32,000 nt of DNA. Source: Candidatus Jordarchaeales archaeon. GTDB lineage: Archaea > Asgardarchaeota > Jordiarchaeia > Jordiarchaeales > Freyrarchaeaceae. The position numbers and the translations under genes were made by a program. The stretch spans positions 1 to 32,000 of the forward strand of contig JAWCFL010000017.1 in assembly GCA_038858525.1 (NCBI GenBank), in the 5' to 3' direction. Under the pieces are notes generated by a model that ran no database searches, was not told where the DNA came from, and worked only from the letters and a program-made list of their open reading frames with translations. Every line of letters begins with the position of its first letter. Position 1 is the first letter of the stretch. Positions 15,573 through 25,116 of the stretch are shown one piece after another.

Positions 15573-16229
15573 TTGTCTATCCCAGCTAAGGATCAGCTCC
15601 TTAAGGAAGTAGAGCGTTGTATTGTCCTGCTCAAAGGCGGAGAGCTAGAAGAGCTTATTGGGGCGTGTTTGAAGAATGGCTTGCCAGCTCTCGAAATTCT
15701 AAGTGCTATGGCGAAGGGAATGGAAGAAGTGGGAAAGAAATACGAGGCACAAGAGTACTTTTTGAGCGAGCTAATTTTTAGTGGTGAGATCTTCAAGAAG
15801 GGAATGAAACTTCTTGAGCCATACTTGAAATGCGAGTCGAAAGAAGAAACGAGCTGCGTCGTAGTCGTTGGAACAGTTATGAACGACCTTCACGACATAG
15901 GGAAAAACATTTTCATAACTCTTCTAATGGCTGCAGGCTTTAAAGTTGTCGATTTAGGAGTAGACGTCCCCCCGGAAAAATTCGTTGAAGCAGTTAAAGA
16001 GAACAACGCAAAGATAGTTGGCATATCCGCCCTCCTAACAAGCACCGCTCCAGGGATACGAGACATCATTAAAATGTTAGAAAAAGAGGACTTAAGAGGA
16101 AAAGTAAAGGTAATTGTGGGCGGCGCAGCCCTAACACATGAGATGGCTAAGGAACTGGGAGCGGACGCTTACGCGGAAACGGCAGTTAGAGGCGTTGATA
16201 TATGTAAAAAATGGATGATGGAAATCTAA
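15573..16229 (+). CDS. Corrinoid (B12-binding) protein, MttC/MtbC-like
   Basis: B12 cap domain (GMEEVGKKYE..EYFLSELI) plus DLHDIGKN (DxHxxG), SALLT, VGGA and GADAY. TTG 15573 follows a GAGGTG SD (track start 15564). Confidence 0.92.
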   Translation: MSIPAKDQLLKEVERCIVLLKGGELEELIGACLKNGLPALEILSAMAKGMEEVGKKYEAQEYFLSELIFSGEIFKKGMKLLEPYLKCESKEETSCVVVVGTVMNDLHDIGKNIFITLLMAAGFKVVDLGVDVPPEKFVEAVKENNAKIVGISALLTSTAPGIRDIIKMLEKEDLRGKVKVIVGGAALTHEMAKELGADAYAETAVRGVDICKKWMMEI

Positions 16230-16232
16230 CCA

Positions 16233-17180
16233 CTACTTCTTTCTTTCCATACTCCCTGGGTTAGCTATTTTAACTGCTCCTCCTATTTGTTTTAGCACCT
16301 CAAGCGCCTCACTAGGTATGACGTATTTTCTGGCATTTTTATCTCCTATTCTGTTAAGAGTTTCCAGATACTGGAGTGCCATCGTTTTTTCGTCCACAGT
16401 CTTAGCCACTGACGTAATCCTTTCCAATGCTTGGGCATAACCTTCAGCCCGGAGAATCGTCGCTTGCTTGCGCCCCTCAGCTCTTATGCTCAGTGCTTTC
16501 CGCTTTGCTTCTGCCTTCGTGATCATCGCTTGCTTTTCTCCCTCAGCGATAAGTATGGCCGATTCCCTTTTTCCGTTCGCCTCAGTCACAATAGCCCTCC
16601 TAACTCGTTCCGCCTCCATTTGCCGTATCATCGCATCAAGTACTGCTGTTGGAGGCAGAATCTCCCTGATCTCGACCCCCGTAATTTTAACCCCCCATCT
16701 TCCAGTAACCTCGTCAAGCTTTTCCTGAAGAACTGTGTTTATGTGCTCCCTCTCGGCAAGTATTTGGTCTAAGTTTATGTCACCTACAACTGACCGGAGA
16801 GTTGTCTGGGCGATTCCTACCGCTGCAAGTCTCCAGTTTGCAACCCTAATGACTGAGTCAAGCGGAGAAACCACCTTGTGGTATATTATAACGTCTATGT
16901 CTACAGGTGCATTATCCTTAGAAATGCATCGTTGATGAGGGACATCAAAATAATCCTCTCTCAAGTCCACCTTTACCATTCTGTCAATGAATGGAATTAC
17001 AAAAATGATTCCCGGCCCCTTCTCCTTCGGAAGCACTCTTCCCAGCCTAAAAATGACGCCTCTCTCATACTCTCGTAGCACTCTTAACCCGCTGAAAAGA
17101 ACAATCAAAATGAAAACAATAACCACAATTAGAGTGGTAATAACTGACGACATATCCATCTGAAGCGGTAACAAAGCCAT
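16233..17180 (-). CDS. SPFH/band 7 (stomatin/QmcA-like) membrane protein
   Basis: N-terminal TM helix, ERGVIFRLGR, PFID, AQTTLRSVVG, WGVKITGVEIREI.PP, AER.RRA....A.G, ALQYLETL. Confidence 0.92.
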   Translation of the reverse strand: MALLPLQMDMSSVITTLIVVIVFILIVLFSGLRVLREYERGVIFRLGRVLPKEKGPGIIFVIPFIDRMVKVDLREDYFDVPHQRCISKDNAPVDIDVIIYHKVVSPLDSVIRVANWRLAAVGIAQTTLRSVVGDINLDQILAEREHINTVLQEKLDEVTGRWGVKITGVEIREILPPTAVLDAMIRQMEAERVRRAIVTEANGKRESAILIAEGEKQAMITKAEAKRKALSIRAEGRKQATILRAEGYAQALERITSVAKTVDEKTMALQYLETLNRIGDKNARKYVIPSEALEVLKQIGGAVKIANPGSMERKK

Positions 17181-17347
17181 TTCCCCTCCTCTTACAAATT
17201 TACTTGCATAAATACGTATTTAATAATGTTTTTCTTCCTGCATAGCCGTTGGTTTCGGCCTCAAATAATTTTTAAAAGTAAAAAATTAAAGCCTTAAACG
17301 TAATAACTTTACCCAGAGAACAGTGGGCTTGTCGCTGAGGGAGAAAA

Positions 17348-19891
17348 TTGTTTCTCATTGATTCCGGTGGTCGCGAGGAAGAAGTCTATGTTGTAGATGT
17401 CGACGCCCAGGTTGGAGTAAGCTCTGGAGCAGTCAGTAAAAATTACAGTTTAAGCGGCCTACACGAGTTCATAAAAGAACTAGAAGGAGAACTTCTTCTC
17501 AAAAGTGCACCTCTCAAGCGTCGGGTTACAAGATTTAATTCCAGCATTTTCCTAAACCTTAAAAATGCTCATTTCAGGAAGCTCAGTAGCTTTGCCGACG
17601 AGTTTTTTGCATCTCCTTTCGTTACGAAGATAGCCAGTAGTGGGGGGAAAGTGGAGTTTGTAATTCAGGAGGTTTCTCGGAACAATGCCTTGGTTTTGAG
17701 ATGGCTTCAAGGGTCCGGCTTTTTTAACACTTCCCCCTTTAGATACGTTCTTCCAGATGAAGTGCCCGATGTACCATACCTTGTCTCGGAGGGGTATCGA
17801 GGGGTACGAACCAAGTTTGATGAAGCTTCATGGTTCGCGACGCTTTACTCTGACCTATCGTACTTCGGAATGCCATTAATAGTTGAAATCTTCAGTAGAC
17901 GTGAACTAGACTTGCTAGAAAATTTCATTGAGCAAAGCGAGGTTAATGGAAAACTGGAGAACCCGCTTATAATTGTTCCGTATTTGAGGGAGAAAGTAAG
18001 GTTCGACCTTTATGGTTTAATGGGGGTTAAGAACGTTTTCCTATGTTTTTCTCCTATGTCGCTAACTGCTTTGAAGCAGCTAATTTATGACCTCAATGAA
18101 CTCGACAAAGAGTGGTTTAAACACCTAATCTTCGGAACAGGGTTCCCATTTTCTAGCATGAGGGATATCGTGAATGTTCTCACTTTCCTCCTAAGCGATG
18201 AATTCCCTGGAGGCTTAAGGGAGCTTAGATGGATTATGGGTTTAAACGCGATGTCCTTTCTTCCTCCAAAAACACAGCGGAAAGGAGATATAGAGAAAGA
18301 TGAAAAATGCATCATTACTAATGGGACGACAGCTAGGTTGCTTTTTTCCTCCCTCAGAAACTTCATGCTTCATGCATTGAAGAGAAACTCTATTTCTTTA
18401 GCTACCTGTGACTGTTTAGCAAGCTTAACTAATGAACGAGTAGACCCAAATAAGTGTTTTATTGTTCTTTCATCGGTCAAAGAAAAGAAGTTTGGAGGCA
18501 TGCTCCTCCTATCAGAAGGCGGTAGCGACACGTTGGCCCTGCTTTTATTAAGGCAGGAAGTTATCAGAAAGGCGAAAAGTAGGTTTGCTGAGGAAGTGCT
18601 CAATCAGCCGGAGATAAAAACTGCCATTTCTAACGCCGTTAAGTTGTCCTCAAGCGAGGACGTGGAGAAGTGGTTAAAGTGGTTTATCGAGCACTACAAG
18701 GAGAACGGCATGATAAGTAGCGATGACATTAACTCGTTCACAGTTCACACATTCAACCTTGGTGATATGTTAGCCTTAATGAATAGAGAGGACATGCGTC
18801 TACTTGGATTAAATGACGGCGACCTAATACTCGTTAGAGCTACCTTGACTGGAGACTGGTATATCGTTCCTGTAAAGGAGGGTGAAGAGGTTCCAGGAGG
18901 AGAACTTTGGGTTGACGAACGAGTAATCAATACTTGGTATGTTTTTGATGGCGACGTTCTTCAGATTGAAAAGTTTGATGGCGACGTTCCAGCTCTCAAA
19001 GAAATAAGCTTGTTGATCGATGACGAGAAGAAATTACAGGACGCCGAAAAAGTGACGGAGAATGTTCTTGATGGCATTATAGTGGGGCGTGGTTCCCGGC
19101 TGGTGCTTCTGGCAGGCGAAGACATGCCTCTTGTTGCATCAGTTGTGAAATTGGATCCTCCCATTCTGATGGCTGGAACAGTTAAAAAGGGAGAGACCAA
19201 GATAACCATAGTTCCTAAGAGTACTCTAGCACCCTACAACCTGTTCTTAGTGATAGACCTTTCGGAAAACATGGGTCGAGGTGCTCCTGTCTCCATAGAT
19301 CCCGCTGTTATCGAAGAACTAAAATATGTGCTTTCTATGAAAGCTGAGGAGCCCTGTGAGAGGGAACTTAATCGTGCCGTTGCTTCTTCCCTCGCTTCCT
19401 CTTACCTTTTAGTAAAAATGGTTAAGATTAGCCATCTGAGCAAGGTTTTCTTTCTAACGTGCTCAGACGAAGTAAACATGTTTTCAATACTCGAAAAAAG
19501 GAAAGTCTCCCCCTACTTAGAAATGACCCCTCAAAAACAGAACATCATGTTGAGAATTCTTTCATCCCACATGTTCGACAAGTGTAGAGAAGGGTGTAAA
19601 GGAAGAGGAAAACTTCTCGAAGCAGCAAGCAAAATAGAGGAGCTGCTAGGAGACTTAAAGGAAAACGTTCCGTTTCTCGTTCTCTTCGTGGTTCCTAGTG
19701 ATAACTTAGATGAGGCAGTAAAAGCTGCCGAGCTACTGAAGAAAGATAGCAGGATTAGAACCGCCTTCATAAGTATAGGGCCTGACGCTTCCACTTCAAA
19801 AGAACAAAGCCACATATGCTTAAGTGAGGTGAATGCCGCCCTGCTCGACGAGGCTGTTAAACGTTTGCTTAACGTGGTATTCCCCAGTTAA
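17348..19891 (+). CDS. Fusion of a degenerate amidohydrolase, a CDC48-N-like domain and a degenerate VWA domain; paralog of 3857-5356 plus 5405-6883
   Basis: LIFGTGFPF...LSDEFPG.....IMGLNAMSFLPPK aligns with IIFGTDFPY...LSEDFPG.....ILGINILRLIPPK. APYNLFLVIDLSENM aligns with VPFNAILLIDVSRSM. LMNREDMRLLGLNDGDLILV is a double-psi-barrel pattern. Confidence 0.75.
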   Translation: MFLIDSGGREEEVYVVDVDAQVGVSSGAVSKNYSLSGLHEFIKELEGELLLKSAPLKRRVTRFNSSIFLNLKNAHFRKLSSFADEFFASPFVTKIASSGGKVEFVIQEVSRNNALVLRWLQGSGFFNTSPFRYVLPDEVPDVPYLVSEGYRGVRTKFDEASWFATLYSDLSYFGMPLIVEIFSRRELDLLENFIEQSEVNGKLENPLIIVPYLREKVRFDLYGLMGVKNVFLCFSPMSLTALKQLIYDLNELDKEWFKHLIFGTGFPFSSMRDIVNVLTFLLSDEFPGGLRELRWIMGLNAMSFLPPKTQRKGDIEKDEKCIITNGTTARLLFSSLRNFMLHALKRNSISLATCDCLASLTNERVDPNKCFIVLSSVKEKKFGGMLLLSEGGSDTLALLLLRQEVIRKAKSRFAEEVLNQPEIKTAISNAVKLSSSEDVEKWLKWFIEHYKENGMISSDDINSFTVHTFNLGDMLALMNREDMRLLGLNDGDLILVRATLTGDWYIVPVKEGEEVPGGELWVDERVINTWYVFDGDVLQIEKFDGDVPALKEISLLIDDEKKLQDAEKVTENVLDGIIVGRGSRLVLLAGEDMPLVASVVKLDPPILMAGTVKKGETKITIVPKSTLAPYNLFLVIDLSENMGRGAPVSIDPAVIEELKYVLSMKAEEPCERELNRAVASSLASSYLLVKMVKISHLSKVFFLTCSDEVNMFSILEKRKVSPYLEMTPQKQNIMLRILSSHMFDKCREGCKGRGKLLEAASKIEELLGDLKENVPFLVLFVVPSDNLDEAVKAAELLKKDSRIRTAFISIGPDASTSKEQSHICLSEVNAALLDEAVKRLLNVVFPS

Positions 19892-19950
19892 CTTTCGCTC
19901 AAAGAAAATATTTATCCAACTGCTTTCAATTATTTTTCTTTGAAAGTTTA

Positions 19951-21018
19951 ATGGAAGGATGCATAATGTCAGGTGACGTAGAAGTAGAGTTTGAGCCTTG
20001 GAGCAGAAGGTCGATGATTGCCGGGACATCCTATGTTGTCCAGATAGGTAAAGTGGAGGGAGAATGGGCTGTCTGCATATTTAGGGGAAGAGACATTATA
20101 TCAGTCAAAAAAACTGGAACATTAGATATAAACGTGCTAACATCCATTATATACAGTAGCCTTGCTACCCCTCCATCTCACTACGCTATAATGAGGGCTC
20201 TAAGCAACCTTATTAGAGAAGCAAAGGTTAGGCAAGCGCCTTTAACGGCGCCGCCTCCACAGGAGCAAGCGGCACAGCAACCTCTCCTCCAACAACCTGA
20301 GACTACCCCACACGAGGCGGCAGGCGTTGTGGAAGAGCCTCAGCCTCAAGCCTCTCCTCCAACCGTTACTGTTAAAACTGAGGCAGAGGAGCCCGAAAAG
20401 GCAGTCAGCGAAAGCTTCCAAGAATTCTTTAAAGCCGCTGAACCAGTAGTCAAAGAGGAAGCAATGCCTCCTCCAACACCAACACCTCGCAGGGAAGTTG
20501 AAACTGTAAAAGTTGAAACTACAAAAGAAGTAACCATAGAAGACATGCCATTTCCAGAAAAGTGGGAAAAAACAGTCTCTAGTCTTATGCTTCTTTGGGG
20601 AATAGCAGTATCCTTCGTTACGGAAAAAGCTAAGAAAAGAGCTGACGAACTTTGGAGCTACTATCGCTCCTTAATAAAAGAGTCCTGGAGTAGAGTTAAA
20701 GAAACGGACTTCAAGGAGTTAGTGAAACTTTTCATTTCTCAATGTCGCCTTATGGGGGCAAACGTTAAAGTTGAAAAACTAACCGAAAACACATTTGAAT
20801 CCAGCATAGATTGTCTAGCATCAAAATTCAGGGAAAAATACAAGGACATCCTAAACCTTCCGCCAGAGTTTCCATGTATAATATGCCAGATGAGAGGTGA
20901 AGAAATCGGAAAGCTCCATGGTTTCAATGTCGAAGTCATTAGCAGAGAAGGCGGATGCAAAATAAGGATTCATGGTCCAACCAAAAAGGAGACAGGAGAA
21001 CCGCCAATTATAATTTAA
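19951..21018 (+). CDS. Hypothetical protein: small N-terminal alpha/beta domain, Pro/Glu/Gln-rich linker, C-terminal V4R/ATC-hydrolase-like domain
   Basis: Low-complexity linker at about aa 95-200. The C-terminal region IDC...FPCIIC....GGCKIRI has V4R-like Cys spacing (fold is inferred). Confidence 0.6.
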   Translation: MEGCIMSGDVEVEFEPWSRRSMIAGTSYVVQIGKVEGEWAVCIFRGRDIISVKKTGTLDINVLTSIIYSSLATPPSHYAIMRALSNLIREAKVRQAPLTAPPPQEQAAQQPLLQQPETTPHEAAGVVEEPQPQASPPTVTVKTEAEEPEKAVSESFQEFFKAAEPVVKEEAMPPPTPTPRREVETVKVETTKEVTIEDMPFPEKWEKTVSSLMLLWGIAVSFVTEKAKKRADELWSYYRSLIKESWSRVKETDFKELVKLFISQCRLMGANVKVEKLTENTFESSIDCLASKFREKYKDILNLPPEFPCIICQMRGEEIGKLHGFNVEVISREGGCKIRIHGPTKKETGEPPIII

Positions 21019-21072
21019 ACCTAGATGAACTCAGAGGCTCCTCAATTTGTCTTCTTTAACCAATCGCCTTTC

Positions 21073-22260
21073 TTAACAAGAAGAAATAAACTCTTCTATT
21101 TTATTGAAAGCTTCCTCAAGCACCTCCATGGGAGGCAAGAACACTATTCTCACATGTCCTCTCCCCATCTCTCCGAATCCGGAGCCGCTTACGAGGAGCA
21201 CGCCCTTACTTTTAAGTAGTTCTACCACGAATTCGTCATCCCTCTTCCACTTCTCCAAATTCAGTTTTGGGAATATGTAAAACGCTCCCTGTGGCTTCTC
21301 GCAGTAAACTCCTGTAAGCTCGTTTAAACGCTTAAACGAGTAATCCCTTCTCTCTCTTAATGATGAGACCAGTTCCTTTATATGTTCTCTCGACCCATTA
21401 AGCGCTGCTACTCCAGCTACTTGAGCCGGCGTATTTACTGAAAGCCTCATACGCGCCATCTTCTTAACTCCCTCCTTTAAGCCGTCAAGAACGCCCTCTG
21501 GATCATAGAAGTAAACGTAGCCTAGCCTCCAGCCGGTGATCAGATATGTTTTTGAAAGACCATTAAGCCCTATTACTGGAACGTCATATGAGATAGACGC
21601 AGTACTTTTAAAACTCCCATCATAAACTATTTGGTCATAAATCTCATCTGAGATCACAGGGATGCCGTGTTCTCCCGCGACATCTATTATTTCTTTTACC
21701 GTTTTTTCAGAGTAGACGGCGCCTGAAGGGTTGTTTGGATTAATTAACACAATTCCTCTTACTTTTTCTCCCACTTTGCTTCTTATGTCGTCAATGTCGG
21801 GCTTCCAACCTTCCTCTTCCATGCACCTGTATGTTTTAGGGTTGACTCCGCTGAGAAAGGAATATGAAATATATGGAGGATAAGATGGGTCAGGGACCAG
21901 TATTTCGTCGCCTACATCAGCTATAGCTTGCAAAACCAGTTGGATCCCCTCGGAAACTCCCGCAGTAACAACCACATCGTCTGGTGTTAAACCGTTCACT
22001 TTATTGACTTCCCGCTCCTTTCTACATATCGCCTCTCTAAGCTTTGGGATCCCCTCCGAGGGGGCATAGTAAGAGTTTCCCTCTATAGAAGCCTTGGCAA
22101 GTGCCTCCCTTATGTGCGCTGGCGTCTCAAAGAAGAGAGCCGGGTCACCTATATTCAAGTATATTATTCTTCTCCCTTCATTCTCGAGCTTCTTGGCATA
22201 GTTCACGAGATCCCTTATAGCGTAATTTATCATAGAGACTCTTTTGCTTCCTAGAGGCAC
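21073..22260 (-). CDS. PLP-dependent class I/II aminotransferase (alanine aminotransferase-like)
   Basis: YAIRD, LNIGDP, INPNNPSG, DEIYD, GLSKTY..TGWRLG (PLP lysine), GSGFG...HVRIVFLP. Confidence 0.92.
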   Translation of the reverse strand: MPLGSKRVSMINYAIRDLVNYAKKLENEGRRIIYLNIGDPALFFETPAHIREALAKASIEGNSYYAPSEGIPKLREAICRKEREVNKVNGLTPDDVVVTAGVSEGIQLVLQAIADVGDEILVPDPSYPPYISYSFLSGVNPKTYRCMEEEGWKPDIDDIRSKVGEKVRGIVLINPNNPSGAVYSEKTVKEIIDVAGEHGIPVISDEIYDQIVYDGSFKSTASISYDVPVIGLNGLSKTYLITGWRLGYVYFYDPEGVLDGLKEGVKKMARMRLSVNTPAQVAGVAALNGSREHIKELVSSLRERRDYSFKRLNELTGVYCEKPQGAFYIFPKLNLEKWKRDDEFVVELLKSKGVLLVSGSGFGEMGRGHVRIVFLPPMEVLEEAFNKIEEFISSC

Positions 22261-22292
22261 TCGCGATCCTCCAGTTTTTACTCAATTTAGAG

Positions 22293-23738
22293 TTAAAGCC
22301 CGCCTTTTAGCTTTATCGCTTCCAAGAAGTGTTCAAGTTCCCCCCTAAACCCTAACTCCTTCGCCTTCCTCCTGGTGAATCCCTTTTTAAGGGCGATCCT
22401 CCTCAGGGCTTTATCAACTCCAGAACCATACTGAAAAGCCAGTTTCCTTCTCTCAACAGCAGACCTAGGCGTATGAAAATGCTCAGCCATAATTCTCAAA
22501 ATATACTTCCTGATGTACTCTTCGTTTTTCACTGTCACTTTGTATTGTGGCGGAATTCTAATGGCATATTCTACAAGGCGCGCATCGAGAAATGGGCGAC
22601 GCAGAAGAACCCCTACAATTCCCGCAACCTCCTCCTCCCTTACAAGGTCGTTCTCTGAGAGCGCCGTGAAAGACGAAGTAAGCGCCGACTGTAACGCTTC
22701 ATATCCTCCCTCTTTCAATACCGAGACGAACTTCGAGTATCCTCCGAAAAGCTCATCGGCTCCCGTGCCGTTCATCACGCGGTCACATCCATCCTCACGG
22801 GCGGCGTCAAGCGCGAATAAAAGGGGGATCGCAAGTTCCACGTTTAACACATTCCCTCCAATAACACCCACCACAGTGGGAAGAACAGCTTCCAACTCTT
22901 CCTCAGATATACTTCTCACCTTCACCTCCAAGCCAATCTCCTCACCTGTTAATATGGCATTCTCCACATCTTTACTCCCCTCAACGCCTGAGCAATACAG
23001 CTTACACTTAACTCCAAGCTCACAGAGTGTAGACACTATTAGGGTGCTGTCAAGCCCCCCGGAGAAAAGAACTCCCACCCTTCCCCTGCTCCTCTTTAGG
23101 ACCGCATTTTTAAATATCCGGGAAAGTTCCTCTACAGCCTCCTCTAACCGGATACTTTTTTCGTAACCTTTCAGCGCATGGCGCCACAGATAAATGCCTC
23201 TTAATTCTCCCTCGTAAGCCCTTATAACTGACCCTGCGGGAGCTACTCTTACCTCAAATCCTGCCCTCGCAACAACACTCTTCCTATTCGAAAAAATTGT
23301 AACTCCCCCTTTTGAACCATAATATAGCACCCTACATCCTATCTCGTCTCTCACTGCTGTTATGCAATCTTTCCCAAGCAGTAGCGCTGCAACCTCCGCT
23401 TCCGTCTTTCTCAGAAAATCCCTAACCTCTCCTCCCTCTGATGCTTCAAGAATCCCCTTAGCAAACTCTTCCCGGCTTCTCTCATACGTCTCCCCAACTC
23501 CTACGGAAACGCCTCCCTCCCCGTTAAAGTAAAACCAGTCGTCTCCTCCAACAGCAACTCCGACGCAGTTTTTCACATTGCTCTGGGGTGCATTTTTTCG
23601 CTCCTCAATAAGAATACATTCATCTCCAGAAGACGCGTAAAGTAATCTTCCTTCATCTAAGAGCAAGTCGGCCATCAACCTGAAAGCAGGGATCTCCTTT
23701 CGCGAACAAACACCAAGTATTACGCTCAAAACGTCCAC
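22293..23738 (-). CDS. Asparagine synthetase-like (PP-loop) protein with a degenerate N-terminal glutaminase domain
   Basis: RDEIG.R.LYY, LFSGGLDS, G.GADELFGGY, RRPFLD, KYILR, K.AFQYGSG. There is no N-terminal catalytic Cys (no MCGI). Confidence 0.85.
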   Translation of the reverse strand: MDVLSVILGVCSRKEIPAFRLMADLLLDEGRLLYASSGDECILIEERKNAPQSNVKNCVGVAVGGDDWFYFNGEGGVSVGVGETYERSREEFAKGILEASEGGEVRDFLRKTEAEVAALLLGKDCITAVRDEIGCRVLYYGSKGGVTIFSNRKSVVARAGFEVRVAPAGSVIRAYEGELRGIYLWRHALKGYEKSIRLEEAVEELSRIFKNAVLKRSRGRVGVLFSGGLDSTLIVSTLCELGVKCKLYCSGVEGSKDVENAILTGEEIGLEVKVRSISEEELEAVLPTVVGVIGGNVLNVELAIPLLFALDAAREDGCDRVMNGTGADELFGGYSKFVSVLKEGGYEALQSALTSSFTALSENDLVREEEVAGIVGVLLRRPFLDARLVEYAIRIPPQYKVTVKNEEYIRKYILRIMAEHFHTPRSAVERRKLAFQYGSGVDKALRRIALKKGFTRRKAKELGFRGELEHFLEAIKLKGGL

Positions 23739-23814
23739 CTGTTTTTAACTCAGCCGCCTTTTTCCACTCAGAATTTTTATAACTTGCTTAAAATCTTGTT
23801 TGCGTGTTTAAGAG

Positions 23815-25116
23815 GTGTTCTTTTTGGCGAGTGGGCATATAGTGGAAGAACTAAAAAAGGGGTGCGAGTTATACCGGCCGAACTATAAGCAAAACATATT
23901 CTCCGTTATTCCAACTGCACTGAAGATTTTAGGGGCTGAACCTGACCGGACAAATTTGCTTTCAAATAGAAAATTCAAGAGACACCTTGAGGAAGCCTGT
24001 TGCTTTGACGTGGATAAGATAGTGTGCATTATAATTGACTCTGTCGGCGTAAAGCAGTTTTCCTTCTTCGAAAAAATGAACAGCGCATGGGATTCGCTTG
24101 GGAAACCCGCTCTTTCATCAGTCTTCCCAACGGTAACCTCTTCAGCCATAGTGTCAATTCATTTTGGTTTGCCTCCAGAGAGGCATGGCATTGTAGGGCA
24201 TAAAGTGTGGTTCCAGCAGCTTGGAACAGTTGTAGACACACTTAAAATGGCGTCCATTAAGGCGCCCTCCACGGATAGACTTGTAAGAAGCGGGATTGAC
24301 GTCCGCGTCCTTCTATTAGAAAACAACCTATATCGCACGCTCAATGATACTGGCATAGTCCACTTTGAACTAATGCCGTCAAGCATAGCTAAGATAGGTC
24401 TGTCTCATGTTCTCGGTGTTGAGGACACCACGTTAGAATTCGAGAATTTGGTAGACGCCTTCTCCACTCTACGCTCGATATTAAATAAATATGCTGAACG
24501 GAAAGCGCTGATAAACCTCTACTTTGACATGACGGACGTCATAAGCCACAAGTATGGCCCTCTCAGCGAGGAATACAGGCTTACCGCCCACCACATAGAA
24601 GAAGTCTTCTCGCACTTCTTAAAGCACTTAAACGACAACAAAGTTGCCTTCATGTTCTTCAGTGATCATGGACAGGAAGAGATATCCAAAGAAAAAATAA
24701 CTAACGTACTAGAAGAAGAAGCAGGATCTGTCGCACAATACCTTAAAAGCCCGCCGGGGAGGTCTGGCCGCGTCGTCCATTTTTATGTTAAGGATGGAAA
24801 GGAAGACGATGTAAGGGGATGGGTTAAAGAAAAAGTTGGGGAAAACGGCTTACTCATGGACTTTGACGAGGCCTGCAGAGTTTTTAGTCTCAAACCAAAG
24901 GGAAAGTTCAGAAGCGAGATTAAGTCTAGAATGGGAGACCTTCTACTAGTCATGAATGCAGGGGCAGAGCTAAGGTTTCAAAGGAAAGAAGAGAAAGAGA
25001 AATTAATTGAAGAAGAGTGGAGGGGATCCCATGGATCGATGACCTCAAACGAGTTGCTGGTTCCATTGTTAGCTGCAAGGTCGGACATCCTGAAAAAACT
25101 TATGGGGTTAAATTGA
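23815..25116 (+). CDS. Alkaline phosphatase superfamily, type I phosphodiesterase/nucleotide pyrophosphatase
   Basis: IIIDSVG, SVFPTVTSSA (Thr nucleophile), D.ISHKYGP, FSDHGQ, R.GD, GSHGS.T..E..VP. Confidence 0.88.
   Translation: MFFLASGHIVEELKKGCELYRPNYKQNIFSVIPTALKILGAEPDRTNLLSNRKFKRHLEEACCFDVDKIVCIIIDSVGVKQFSFFEKMNSAWDSLGKPALSSVFPTVTSSAIVSIHFGLPPERHGIVGHKVWFQQLGTVVDTLKMASIKAPSTDRLVRSGIDVRVLLLENNLYRTLNDTGIVHFELMPSSIAKIGLSHVLGVEDTTLEFENLVDAFSTLRSILNKYAERKALINLYFDMTDVISHKYGPLSEEYRLTAHHIEEVFSHFLKHLNDNKVAFMFFSDHGQEEISKEKITNVLEEEAGSVAQYLKSPPGRSGRVVHFYVKDGKEDDVRGWVKEKVGENGLLMDFDEACRVFSLKPKGKFRSEIKSRMGDLLLVMNAGAELRFQRKEEKEKLIEEEWRGSHGSMTSNELLVPLLAARSDILKKLMGLN

Noticed and set aside
15573-16229. 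Corrinoid protein as a marker of a methyltransferase or pyrrolysine system
   Set aside because: No methyltransferase partner or in-frame TAG read-through candidate is adjacent; stand-alone copies are common.
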